Positions 27,617-36,120 of a DNA stretch of 64,000 nucleotides are shown here, piece by piece. Each line of letters starts with the position of its first letter. Within the stretch, counting starts at the first letter, position 1. This DNA comes from Candidatus Omnitrophota bacterium. Its GTDB lineage: Bacteria > Omnitrophota > Gorgyraeia > Zapsychrales > JANLHA01. The notes under the pieces are model-generated. The model was given only the letters and a program-made list of their open reading frames with translations. It did not search any database and was not told the origin of the DNA. Position numbers and translations under genes: made by a program. The stretch covers positions 3,293,845 to 3,357,844 of the forward strand of contig OY759724.1 of the NCBI GenBank assembly GCA_963662715.1, read 5' to 3'.

Positions 27617-29851
27617 TTAGGGTTTTATCATGCGCTCCCAGACATTCGTTTCTTCCTCTTCTTCCGCTTCTTCCGACGCATCATCCTGTAAAGCTTTTAA
27701 TCCTTTTCTGACCGGTCTGGAACTCTTTTCCTTGGATGATTTCTTCTTGCTGGAAGTCTTTTTAGACTTCGTCTGAGATTCCTCGCTTGCTTTGTCTTCC
27801 GATCCCCAGAACTGCCTCCACAAGGTGTACAAGTCATCCAAACGGAAACCTTTGGCTTTACGGCTGTTTAACAATTTATCAAAATCCTTTGTATGTTCCT
27901 TAATCGGCTGGATATACGCCGGGGGTGTCGGTTGCGGCGTGGGTGTCCCCCGGGGAGATTCTTTTCCCTCCTGAGTTTCTTCACCGCCTCCCGTGCCTCT
28001 TCCGCGGGCGTCTTCGTCGTTACCCCCGCCCTCTCCGCCGGAACCGCTCCCGCTTTCCTGCGCGCCTTCCCCCTCGCCTTCGCCAGCGCCCTGCCCTTCT
28101 CCCCGGGCTCCCTCGCCTTCGCCTCCGCCTTGAGACTCGTCACTCTGATCCCCCACGCCTTGAGATTCGCCGTCACCTCCCTGAACGTCTCCACTCCCCT
28201 CGCCTTCGCCTTCCCCGCCGCCTTGCCCTTCACCTTCTCCGGACCCGCTTCCCGCTCCGCTGCCTTCCCCGGCCCCTGTCCCTTCACCGCCGCTGTCTCC
28301 TTCTCCTTCGCCGGATGTATCACCCTGCCCTCCGGCATCCCCTCCGCCGTCCATGGAAATATCACTTCCCCCGTCGCCGGCCCCTCCCCCGGAACCGTCA
28401 GCCCCTCCGCCGTCTCCCTGCCCGCCGCCTGATCCATCCTGCCCGCCGGAACCTTCACCCGAACTTCCGGCACCGCTTCCCGCTCCGGCCCCCTGCCCGC
28501 TCCCGGCGCCGTCGCCGGAACTGGACCCGCCTCCTCCGTCACCCTGCCCGGCACCCGTACCGCCCTGCCCTCCGGAAGACCCCTGCCCCTGCCCTGCCCC
28601 GGAACCGCCCGCCGATGAACCAGCACCGCCTCCGCCGGGCCCCTGACCGCCCTGCCCGGCGCCGCCATCACCGGTACCGGCGCCCTGGCCGCTGCCGGTG
28701 CCGCTGCCGAGACCTGATCCGGCCCCTTCTCCGCCGTCACCGGAGCCGCTTTGCTGCGAATCACCTCCGCCGGTCGTCCCTTTCCCCTCTCCGCCGGCTC
28801 CCTGCCCGCCGCCATCGCCCTGCCCCTGGGCATTTCCGCTCTGCCCTCCGGCGCCCTGGCCGTCGTTCTGTCCCTGCCCCTGGGAGTCTGCCGAGCCGCT
28901 GCCTCCCCCTTGCGCCGAACCGTCTTCTGAACCTCCGTCCTCCGATTCATTTCCTTCGGTCTTCTGGGCCTGTCCTTCGGCACCCTCCCCTTCCGGGGAC
29001 GCGCCGCCCTCCTGCGCCTGTCCCTGCGTTTCTGTCTCCTGCCCTTTTTGACCGGCAACATCATCATCCGCCGAGGAAGCTCCGTCCTTTGTTTCCTGTC
29101 CGGGAATATCTCCTCCGTCTTTTCCCTCCTGCCCGTCCGAACCTTCGCCTTTCCCGTCTCCGTCAGAATCAGACCCGCCCTCTCCCGAGCCCGCCCCCTT
29201 GCCTTTGGCCTCTCCGTCTCCCGGCGCCCCGTCTTCCGCGGTCCTGTCCGCCCCGGCCGAAAAATCAATATCATCTTCCGAAAATTCCACACTGCCGATC
29301 GTCTTGGGATCAATAATCAATTTCGCGACCTTAAAAGCGGCGGTGACTCCGTCGGCCGAAGCTTTCTGTCCGGAAATGCTCATTTTGACAATCTTTAACA
29401 AATTCGTCGTCGTGTCGATCTTGTACATAAAACTGACCATATCCTCCAGCCGGCCGGAACATTCCATGTTGGCATAATATTCAACATACCCTTTTTTCTG
29501 GGTCATATCCGAAGAGATCAGTTTGATAAGATTGATATTCGCTTCTGACGCTAAATTTTCAATCGTCTGCAAAAAGGCAGCAATGATCTCTTCTTCCGAC
29601 TCCGGCGTTTTCTCCAGATAAATGCTGTATTCCTGCTCTTCCTGCAGGATCTTACTTTCATACGAGAGAAACCGGGAACTGTTTTTAATCCCGATCATCT
29701 TTTCTTTTGTTTCTGTATCGATAGCGTGTTTCTTGCTCGTATACGGGCGGAAAACAAGCCCGTCAAACAAAGCCAGGACAGCCACTCCGACGGCAATATA
29801 AAAGATTTTTCTTTCCTGCTCAGACAATTTGCTGTAAAAATTCTGAAACAA
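27617..29851 (-). CDS. GspM-like T2SS inner-membrane component (N-terminal ~190 aa) with a ~500-aa Gly/Ser/Glu/Asp-rich low-complexity insert and a Lys-rich C-terminus, 744 aa
   Basis: A short cytoplasmic N-terminus, a single TM segment (IFYIAVGVAVLALFDGLVF) and a periplasmic domain of GspM/PilO size lie immediately downstream of the GspL-like gene. These are followed by GxGxGEGEG... low complexity. Confidence 0.4.
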   Translation of the reverse strand: MFQNFYSKLSEQERKIFYIAVGVAVLALFDGLVFRPYTSKKHAIDTETKEKMIGIKNSSRFLSYESKILQEEQEYSIYLEKTPESEEEIIAAFLQTIENLASEANINLIKLISSDMTQKKGYVEYYANMECSGRLEDMVSFMYKIDTTTNLLKIVKMSISGQKASADGVTAAFKVAKLIIDPKTIGSVEFSEDDIDFSAGADRTAEDGAPGDGEAKGKGAGSGEGGSDSDGDGKGEGSDGQEGKDGGDIPGQETKDGASSADDDVAGQKGQETETQGQAQEGGASPEGEGAEGQAQKTEGNESEDGGSEDGSAQGGGSGSADSQGQGQNDGQGAGGQSGNAQGQGDGGGQGAGGEGKGTTGGGDSQQSGSGDGGEGAGSGLGSGTGSGQGAGTGDGGAGQGGQGPGGGGAGSSAGGSGAGQGQGSSGGQGGTGAGQGDGGGGSSSGDGAGSGQGAGAGSGAGSSGEGSGGQDGSGGGQGDGGGADGSGGGAGDGGSDISMDGGGDAGGQGDTSGEGEGDSGGEGTGAGEGSGAGSGSGEGEGQGGGEGEGEGSGDVQGGDGESQGVGDQSDESQGGGEGEGARGEGQGAGEGEGEGAQESGSGSGGEGGGNDEDARGRGTGGGEETQEGKESPRGTPTPQPTPPAYIQPIKEHTKDFDKLLNSRKAKGFRLDDLYTLWRQFWGSEDKASEESQTKSKKTSSKKKSSKEKSSRPVRKGLKALQDDASEEAEEEEETNVWERMIKP
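27784..29269 (-). repeat. GC-rich low-complexity coding tract (imperfect GGx/GAx/GSx codon repeats) inside the GspM-like gene
   Basis: The translation is dominated by G, S, E, D and A with no regular unit. The opposite strand gives Pro/Arg-rich pseudo-ORFs. Confidence 0.6.
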
Positions 29852-29869
29852 AACGACACTCCTTAATGA

Positions 29870-31393
29870 CTATTCTTCTTTACCTTCTTCCTCTCCGGCG
29901 CCTTCCCCGTCTTCTAACACATCCTCCGCCGCCGGGATCTCTTCTTCATCATCAGCCCATTCCAGCTTAAAGGCAATCTCAAAAGCCGCCACATCCTTCC
30001 CCCGTTCCTTTTTGGCCGATGTCGATCTTGTCTTAACATTCTTGAACAACTCCGATTCTTCAAGCGCCGTAACGAAATTGAAAACCCGGGACATCGTTTC
30101 GGAAACACCGGTGATCTCAACGCTGCCGTTTTCTGTCATGCTGATGGACTGGAGATAAATTTCATCCGGGATAAGTTTATACAGGGTCGTCACAACTTCC
30201 AATCCGACCATACGGCTTTGCAAGTACCCCTTCATGATACGGGTCTTTTGCGCTTTACGGTCAAGCGCCAGGACTTTCTTCCGTTTTTCCTGATAGTCTG
30301 TCCGCAGGCGTTCAAGGTAGAGGTTATTGAAATGTTCCTTGCTGACGAAGATAAAAGCAAAAATAATAAAAATGAGAAAAGCTAATATTCCCGTCTTAAT
30401 GACCTGCCGGCCTTTTTCTTCGATGACCCGCTGGGTTTTAATTTCCTCCGGCGTCAGGTCAACCTTCATTTGCTCAAGGCTCCATCCGCAGCCGATTATA
30501 GTGAAGAAGGAATCGTCGTTGTACTCCGAAACAAGCTTCATCATCTCCGGCTGCCCCGCCTGGATGATATCCAGATAAGGCATCATCTTAATGTTGGCTT
30601 TCAGTTTTTCCTGCAGAAGCGGCTGCATCTCTTTCAGCGTGGCGTCATCGCTCGTTATAATAAACGTTTCCGGAAGGCGGTTAATATCCTCGTTCTGATA
30701 AGCTTCAACGGATTGACTTAACTCCATCAACAATTTGTCCCGCGCCTCGGCCCCTTCCTTAAGGAGGTGCGACAGACCGATAGGGATATGCCGGTACATA
30801 GCTACGGTTTTATTGGATTCGATCAGGAAAGACGTGTACGGGTTGGCCACATCAATGATCCCCAGGGGGATATCATCCTCTTTGAGGTTCATGGCTTTGG
30901 CATAAAAATGAGCCATGCCTTCCGGGGCGAAAAGGACCTTATCCACCTTAATACCCGCTTCATCAAGCACTTCCAGTTGTTTCTTCACGACGTTCCGGTT
31001 GACAAGAATCAACAGGACCTTGGTGTAATTACGCTGGAAAACGCCGATCTTAATATAGCCGACGAGGATCTCCTCTCGGGAGAAAGGCGTGTGCCGTCCG
31101 GCCTGCAGCTCGATAATGGACTGTATTTCCTCGGCATCCAAAGAAGGGATTTCGATGTTTTTTGTGATCACCTGGCTGGGAGGAAGAGTACAGATGGCCG
31201 GCGTCTTTTTGATATGGATATCCGCCAGGCAAGAATGGATTGTTTTGGCCAGCTCTTCTTCGGGGAGATCCCGCAGGTCCCCTTTGGTCACGTGAAGAAG
31301 TCTTTTATCAGACTCCTTGCCCCTGATCTGAGCGACCTTGATGGAGACATCATCCAGACTGACGATAACGGTTTCTTTATCTTTGCTAAACAT
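29870..31393 (-). CDS. GspL-like protein (PilM-like cytoplasmic actin-fold domain, TM segment, PilN-like periplasmic domain), 507 aa
   Basis: The call rests on domain order, on the position between gspK and the gspM-like gene, and on an acidic C-terminal tail. Confidence 0.5.
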   Translation of the reverse strand: MFSKDKETVIVSLDDVSIKVAQIRGKESDKRLLHVTKGDLRDLPEEELAKTIHSCLADIHIKKTPAICTLPPSQVITKNIEIPSLDAEEIQSIIELQAGRHTPFSREEILVGYIKIGVFQRNYTKVLLILVNRNVVKKQLEVLDEAGIKVDKVLFAPEGMAHFYAKAMNLKEDDIPLGIIDVANPYTSFLIESNKTVAMYRHIPIGLSHLLKEGAEARDKLLMELSQSVEAYQNEDINRLPETFIITSDDATLKEMQPLLQEKLKANIKMMPYLDIIQAGQPEMMKLVSEYNDDSFFTIIGCGWSLEQMKVDLTPEEIKTQRVIEEKGRQVIKTGILAFLIFIIFAFIFVSKEHFNNLYLERLRTDYQEKRKKVLALDRKAQKTRIMKGYLQSRMVGLEVVTTLYKLIPDEIYLQSISMTENGSVEITGVSETMSRVFNFVTALEESELFKNVKTRSTSAKKERGKDVAAFEIAFKLEWADDEEEIPAAEDVLEDGEGAGEEEGKEE

Positions 31394-31418
31394 AGATCAT
31401 GAGCCTAATGTTAAAAAA

Positions 31419-32462
31419 TCATAATTCTTTCCAATAGACAATTTTTTGCTCCGGCGCGAAAAAAACGCAGGAAATGAGTTTTTTGCCCTTGGACGACGCT
31501 ATAGTGGCGTAACTGTGAATACGGTAATAGTACGATTGTGTTCCCAGCCAGCCCTGGGCATTGAGTTCCTCGATAAGCTGAATATCCTCCTTTTCTATGG
31601 ACTTCTGAGCCGCCATAAAAGACACGAGTTGGGGGAGATCAGGGAAGACCATATCATCGGCCGTCCAGTCCATCCCGTCGACCCCTCTTCTTATAGCCAG
31701 AAAACGGCTCACAAAAACATCAGGGAATCCCAGCGACAGCAGGACAGGACGGGATGCGGTATTTATGTTCACCTTCCCGCTGCCGAAGACCGTCAGGTAA
31801 GGAAGGAGTTGCCCCGCCACTTCGGGAGTCCAGCCCCGAAGAAGAGCTAATTCGTGCGTGGTCTCAAAATTCGCCTTTTTCTCCGGGAAAGGGAACTCCA
31901 GGTTATCATAATACTCGTCACTGTAGAACCCGACGATTTCACTGTCGCCGTACTTGCGCCAGTCAATAACGGCCTGAGCCAGATCGTTAGCATCCTCCTC
32001 ATCCATAGACAAAACAGTCTGGATCAGCTTTGTCAGGACATCTTCATCGGCCTTGTTGATATTGATTCTTCTTTCCTCATCGGTAAAGCCGTATAAGACC
32101 CGTGCCCGGCCGGCCGCGGACTCTTCCTCTGAGCGGTATTTCAACTCAAAAGAGCCCGGCCCCCGGGAAGCATCCTTGAAGACAGCCGGGTTATTCATCC
32201 ACTGAATTCTCCGGACAGCAGGAGGCGTCCGGGTCCCCGCTTTATTCTTATGGGCTTCATAAAAAATATACATCGCCTTGGCGACTCCTGATTTAGCCAG
32301 CCAATAAAGGTCCTGGCGCTGTTCCAGCCGTGAAACGAGCGTCATCTTTTGACGGATCTGCGCCCCGAGGCTGACGGTCAGAAAGCCCAGCAGGCCCAAC
32401 GCCCATATGGCCAGAATAAGAATCGTCCCTTCTTTTTTCTGCAGCTTACGCATGTTCATCAA
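31419..32462 (-). CDS. gspK: GspK-like minor pseudopilin (347 aa)
   Basis: An N-terminal hydrophobic segment (GTILILAIWALGLLGFL) and a helix-hairpin-helix-like GSGKVNINTASRPVL motif are characteristic of GspK. Confidence 0.6.
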   Translation of the reverse strand: MMNMRKLQKKEGTILILAIWALGLLGFLTVSLGAQIRQKMTLVSRLEQRQDLYWLAKSGVAKAMYIFYEAHKNKAGTRTPPAVRRIQWMNNPAVFKDASRGPGSFELKYRSEEESAAGRARVLYGFTDEERRININKADEDVLTKLIQTVLSMDEEDANDLAQAVIDWRKYGDSEIVGFYSDEYYDNLEFPFPEKKANFETTHELALLRGWTPEVAGQLLPYLTVFGSGKVNINTASRPVLLSLGFPDVFVSRFLAIRRGVDGMDWTADDMVFPDLPQLVSFMAAQKSIEKEDIQLIEELNAQGWLGTQSYYYRIHSYATIASSKGKKLISCVFFAPEQKIVYWKEL

Positions 32463-33100
32463 CCCGCAATAGGCAGATCCAGTAAACGTGTTAATGTTCT
32501 TGTATCCCCGTTCCGTTCCCGGACCTGTATTTCAACAAGCACGGCAACCGGCAAAACATGATCGAGCTCTTTCTTCCAGATATAATCCTGTCCGTCAGGG
32601 ACAAGATAGGACAATTTCAGCGCCTGAACCGGGGAGACCACAACGCGCTGGGTCCCGAATTCCGATTTTAAGGCCTGGCTGTAATTCGCCTGTTTGCGGA
32701 TAACCGCATGACTCGCCTTGTCATATAAGTATTCAACTTTTCCGATCTGGTCAACATAGCGGACAGAGTGCTCGGATATCTTCTTGTCCTGCGGGACACG
32801 CACCAAGGTCGGGATGGAAAGCCGGGTTTCTTCCCCTTCAAAATTAAACTGAGAAAAAGCAAAAGCATTACGCAGGTCAACGCCTATTTTATCCAGGAAA
32901 ACAATGGCATCCTCCTCAAGGGTAAAATGCCGGCTCAACTCCCACAATTTAAGGCTGTTGACAACAGACCGGTTAACGGCCAGCCCGATCATGGCCAGGA
33001 TTGAAATGACAAGAGTCATTTCAATGACGGTAAAGGACCTGAGCGAACGCCTGTTTTCCGATATTTTATCGCGGTGAATTCTCATGACACCATCCGTCAA
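32459..33100 (-). CDS. Minor pseudopilin (GspJ-like) with a prepilin-type N-terminal domain, 213 aa
   Basis: It contains ...LRSFTVIEMTLVISILAMIGLA with the conserved Glu at +5. The residue at -1 is Ser rather than Gly, which is non-canonical. Confidence 0.5.
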   Translation of the reverse strand: MTDGVMRIHRDKISENRRSLRSFTVIEMTLVISILAMIGLAVNRSVVNSLKLWELSRHFTLEEDAIVFLDKIGVDLRNAFAFSQFNFEGEETRLSIPTLVRVPQDKKISEHSVRYVDQIGKVEYLYDKASHAVIRKQANYSQALKSEFGTQRVVVSPVQALKLSYLVPDGQDYIWKKELDHVLPVAVLVEIQVRERNGDTRTLTRLLDLPIAG

Positions 33101-33549
33101 AAATAAGACAAGTACGCTGACCGGCTGAGCCTGGCCGTCCGGCTGCGTTCCGGCCAGGAAAGGGTCATCTCCATCTCATAAAAATCTTTTTCCGTGTTGA
33201 GCGGTTTCATGCTCACCGAAAGCCGGAACGGAATCAGTCGCTTGTTTAATCTGACCGCATGCACGGACCCGTTTAAGTCCTTGGGGAGAGCGGCCCCGCT
33301 CTTAAAAAGGTATTGTATACGGGTAGCCTGATGATCAAGATAATTCTTGGCAAACAACCGGTTCGTTAAATGCTGCTGATAATCAAAAGACAGCAGCATC
33401 GCCTTGTGGATCATCACGAGGCCGAGGGAGAAAACGACAACGGTGACCATAACTTCGAAGAAGGTAAACCCCCGCCTCTTCAGACAACGCAGCTCCCCGG
33501 CGCTATCTTCATTCCCAGTTAACGATATCATCCTCGTCCGTATTTTCAT
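33097..33549 (-). CDS. Minor pseudopilin (GspI/H-like) with a prepilin-type N-terminus
   Basis: It contains ...KRRGFTFFEVMVTVVVFSLGLVMI. I moved the start from the track ORF start (33645) to an internal Met to avoid a 137-nt overlap with gspG. Confidence 0.45.
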   Translation of the reverse strand: MKIRTRMISLTGNEDSAGELRCLKRRGFTFFEVMVTVVVFSLGLVMIHKAMLLSFDYQQHLTNRLFAKNYLDHQATRIQYLFKSGAALPKDLNGSVHAVRLNKRLIPFRLSVSMKPLNTEKDFYEMEMTLSWPERSRTARLSRSAYLSYF

Positions 33550-33952
33550 CCTTCCCCTTTGAATAAAGGTCATAATCCATGCGATGATCCCCGGGAGAGC
33601 GATACTCGTATACCTGCCCCCAGGGATCAACGGGCCTTTTTTCAATATAAGGACCGTTCCAGTTCGTCGGGACCGGACTGCTCGTCGGCTGCTTCAGCAG
33701 GGCTTCCAGGCCCTGGCTGGTCGTCGGGAAATGGCCATTATCCAGCTCGTACAATTTCAAAGCTGTCGCTAAATTGGTCTCTATATCCGCCTTGGCCACG
33801 GCCTTTTTCGCTTGCTCTGAACGCCCGGTTAACCGGGGGACAACCATGGCGGCCAGCGCCCCGATGATAACCACCACCATAATGATTTCCACCAGGGTAA
33901 AACCTGCCTCTCGGGATCTATAAGAATTTTTCCTGCAAGGCATTCCTTTCAT
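33509..33952 (-). CDS. gspG: Major pseudopilin GspG
   Basis: The leader MKGMPCRKNSYRSREAG precedes FTLVEIIMVVVIIGALAAMVVPRL; the downstream sequence ...ADIETNLATALKLYELDNGHFPTTSQGLEALL...NWNGPYIEKRPVDPWGQVYEYRSPGDH..DYDLYSKGKDENTDEDD is a strong GspG signature that includes the Ca-binding loop. I moved the start to the internal Met at 33952. Confidence 0.85.
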   Translation of the reverse strand: MKGMPCRKNSYRSREAGFTLVEIIMVVVIIGALAAMVVPRLTGRSEQAKKAVAKADIETNLATALKLYELDNGHFPTTSQGLEALLKQPTSSPVPTNWNGPYIEKRPVDPWGQVYEYRSPGDHRMDYDLYSKGKDENTDEDDIVNWE

Positions 33953-33996
33953 TTTCGTATCACCTCTCTCCCGTTGATTCATCATAATCTCTAAAA

Positions 33997-34857
33997 TTAC
34001 CGCCCATCCATCATGGACGACTGTTTCATAAACGAGATCCATTTTCTTTCAAGGTCATTCAAATCCTTGATCGTGCTGGGATACACGCGTTGAAGGGCGG
34101 ACTCAAAATCCCGCCCGTCGCGTATCTGACGGCAAAGCCGGCCAAAGGCATCACTGCCGTGCTTTTTAATCAGGAACTCTACGATGGAAAGACTTTGAGC
34201 GTAAAAAACCGCAACCTTAAGAGGATCCGTTTCCTGCTGTATATCCCAGATCATCAGATGTTCCAAAGGGATATATTGATCCTGGGCAAGAAAAGACCGC
34301 ATGATTTTAAATGCTGATTCACTTTTGCCGGCCTCATAGAGCTGCGCGATCCCTTCGTCAAACCACATCGGGATACGCTCCGTGTCCGGGATGAAATCAT
34401 GCAGTATTAAATGACCGATCTCATGAGGCAAAAGCCCGTCAAAGAATTCCTGGTCCTGCCGATACGTCACGATGACCCTCCCCAGCAGAGTATAGGAGTC
34501 TTTGTTGACATACCCGGTGGACCATTCAGGCTGTCCGGTCTGCTCGGAGAAAGTCTTCCGGTCCGGGAACAGATAAATGTTGACCCGCTGCTCCCAGGTC
34601 CAGAAATTACCGTAACGGGTAAACCCGATCTTAGCTCCGATGTTCTGATAGTAACGTTCCGCCTCCCGGAGGATCCGCTGGGCTGTTTTTTTATCTTTCG
34701 TTTCCTGGAAATGCACAACAAAATGCTTGTCTTTTAACTGCTGCCAGTCTTCTTCCTGAAAAACATTTTGGAGGCGAGGTTCTCCATAAACTGTCCCCGG
34801 AGAAAGGACCAGCACCTGCCAAAGAACAAAGATATGAATCATTTTTCTGCGCACCAT
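33997..34857 (-). CDS. Secreted zinc metalloprotease (HExxH, peptidase MA clan), 286 aa
   Basis: A signal peptide and an LLPHEIGHLILH zinc-binding motif are present. The gene is embedded between gspF and gspG. Confidence 0.5.
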   Translation of the reverse strand: MVRRKMIHIFVLWQVLVLSPGTVYGEPRLQNVFQEEDWQQLKDKHFVVHFQETKDKKTAQRILREAERYYQNIGAKIGFTRYGNFWTWEQRVNIYLFPDRKTFSEQTGQPEWSTGYVNKDSYTLLGRVIVTYRQDQEFFDGLLPHEIGHLILHDFIPDTERIPMWFDEGIAQLYEAGKSESAFKIMRSFLAQDQYIPLEHLMIWDIQQETDPLKVAVFYAQSLSIVEFLIKKHGSDAFGRLCRQIRDGRDFESALQRVYPSTIKDLNDLERKWISFMKQSSMMDGR

Positions 34858-34874
34858 AATCGTCCTTGGAAATT

Positions 34875-36086
34875 CTATCCGGCAAAAACATCCAGCTGAA
34901 AAATGGGTAATAACATCGCGATAACAATAAACCCGATAACAGCCCCGATAATAACAATCATAAGCGGTTCCAGCATTGTCGTCATGATCTTAATCTTTTC
35001 ATTCGTCTCCTGCTCATAATTTTCTGCGATATCCAGCAAAGTTTCCCCTAACAGCCCTGATTCCTCTCCCACACTAATAAGATGACTGACCATTTCAGGG
35101 ATCATCGGGGATTCCCCCAGAATTTCCCCAAAAGACCGCCCGGCCACCAACTCTTCCTGACACGTTTTAAGGTGATCCTGAAGGATAGAATTGCCGGTCA
35201 CCGGGATGGACAGTTGAAAAGCCCTGACGACAGGGACTCCGCTCTGAATAAGTAAACGCAAGGCCCTGGCAAAACGGGCTATCTCAAGTTTCAGCAGAAA
35301 GTCCCCCCAAAAGGGAGTTGCCAGACTCAATTGATTAAGGAATAACCGTCCCGCGGAGGTTCTCGCCCACTGCTTCAACAGGGCCGTCAGAACAATGACC
35401 GCCACCCCGCAGAAAAATCCGTACTGCAGCAAGAAATCACTCATATTCATAACCATCAGGGTCGGCGCCGGGAGGGTTTGGTTAAAATTCTCATATAACG
35501 CCGTTATTTTCGGCATCACGTACGTTAAGGTGAAAATGATGGACGCGATACCAAAAACAAGCATAAAAAGAGGGTACGCAAGCGCAGACCGCACTTTTGA
35601 TAGGATCTCTTCCTGCTGTTTCTGATATTCCGTGATACTCAGCAAAGACTCCTTCAAACGGCCGCTTTCTTCCCCGGCCTTCACGAGAGTGACATATAAC
35701 GGAGAAAATATTTTGGGATAATCCGCAAAGGATTCTGAAAGCGATTTACCTCCCCGCACCTTCGCCTGAATGGAATCGATGATAAAACGGGAATACGAAT
35801 TCTTTGTCTGCTGGCTTAAGACTTCCAAGGCTCTTAAAATCGGGACCCCGGCCTTGATTAAACTGACGAGCTGCTTGCTGAAAAGGTACCGCTCCTTTGA
35901 GCTGATCCGCCCGAAACGGTACGCCTTGCGGTCCGGCGCCGTTACCGGGGAGATTTCTTCAACGGAGACAGGAACGTAGCCCAGCTGATGGACCTTTTCA
36001 ATAGCGTCTTCCCGGCTTTCCGCTGTCAGACGTCCGACGATTGTCTCAGCGTTTTGTTGTTTGGCTTTATAATGATATTGTGGCAT
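34875..36086 (-). CDS. gspF: T2SS/T4P inner-membrane platform protein GspF (403 aa)
   Basis: Two GspF repeats are present, with ...LVKAGEESGRLKESL... and ...LISVGEESGLLGETL... motifs, and three TM segments. Confidence 0.85.
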   Translation of the reverse strand: MPQYHYKAKQQNAETIVGRLTAESREDAIEKVHQLGYVPVSVEEISPVTAPDRKAYRFGRISSKERYLFSKQLVSLIKAGVPILRALEVLSQQTKNSYSRFIIDSIQAKVRGGKSLSESFADYPKIFSPLYVTLVKAGEESGRLKESLLSITEYQKQQEEILSKVRSALAYPLFMLVFGIASIIFTLTYVMPKITALYENFNQTLPAPTLMVMNMSDFLLQYGFFCGVAVIVLTALLKQWARTSAGRLFLNQLSLATPFWGDFLLKLEIARFARALRLLIQSGVPVVRAFQLSIPVTGNSILQDHLKTCQEELVAGRSFGEILGESPMIPEMVSHLISVGEESGLLGETLLDIAENYEQETNEKIKIMTTMLEPLMIVIIGAVIGFIVIAMLLPIFQLDVFAG

Positions 36087-36120
36087 AAGCTTCCCTGATC
36101 ATGATGTCCGGTGAAATTGT

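Noticed and set aside
27868-29398. Pro/Arg-rich ORFs on both strands (for example 27925-29316 plus strand, 463 aa, and 27868-29313 minus strand, 481 aa)
   Set aside because: They are alternative frames of the GC-rich low-complexity tract inside the GspM-like gene. They have no start context or RBS, and their compositional bias is typical of out-of-frame reads of GGN/GAN codon runs.
33509-34042. Full-length track ORFs for gspG (177 aa) and the next pseudopilin (182 aa) with ~30-50-aa N-terminal leaders that overlap the upstream genes
   Set aside because: Prepilin leaders are short, so internal Met starts (MKGMPCRK... and MKIRTRM...) are more plausible. I moved the start of gspG to 33952 and of the next pseudopilin to 33549.
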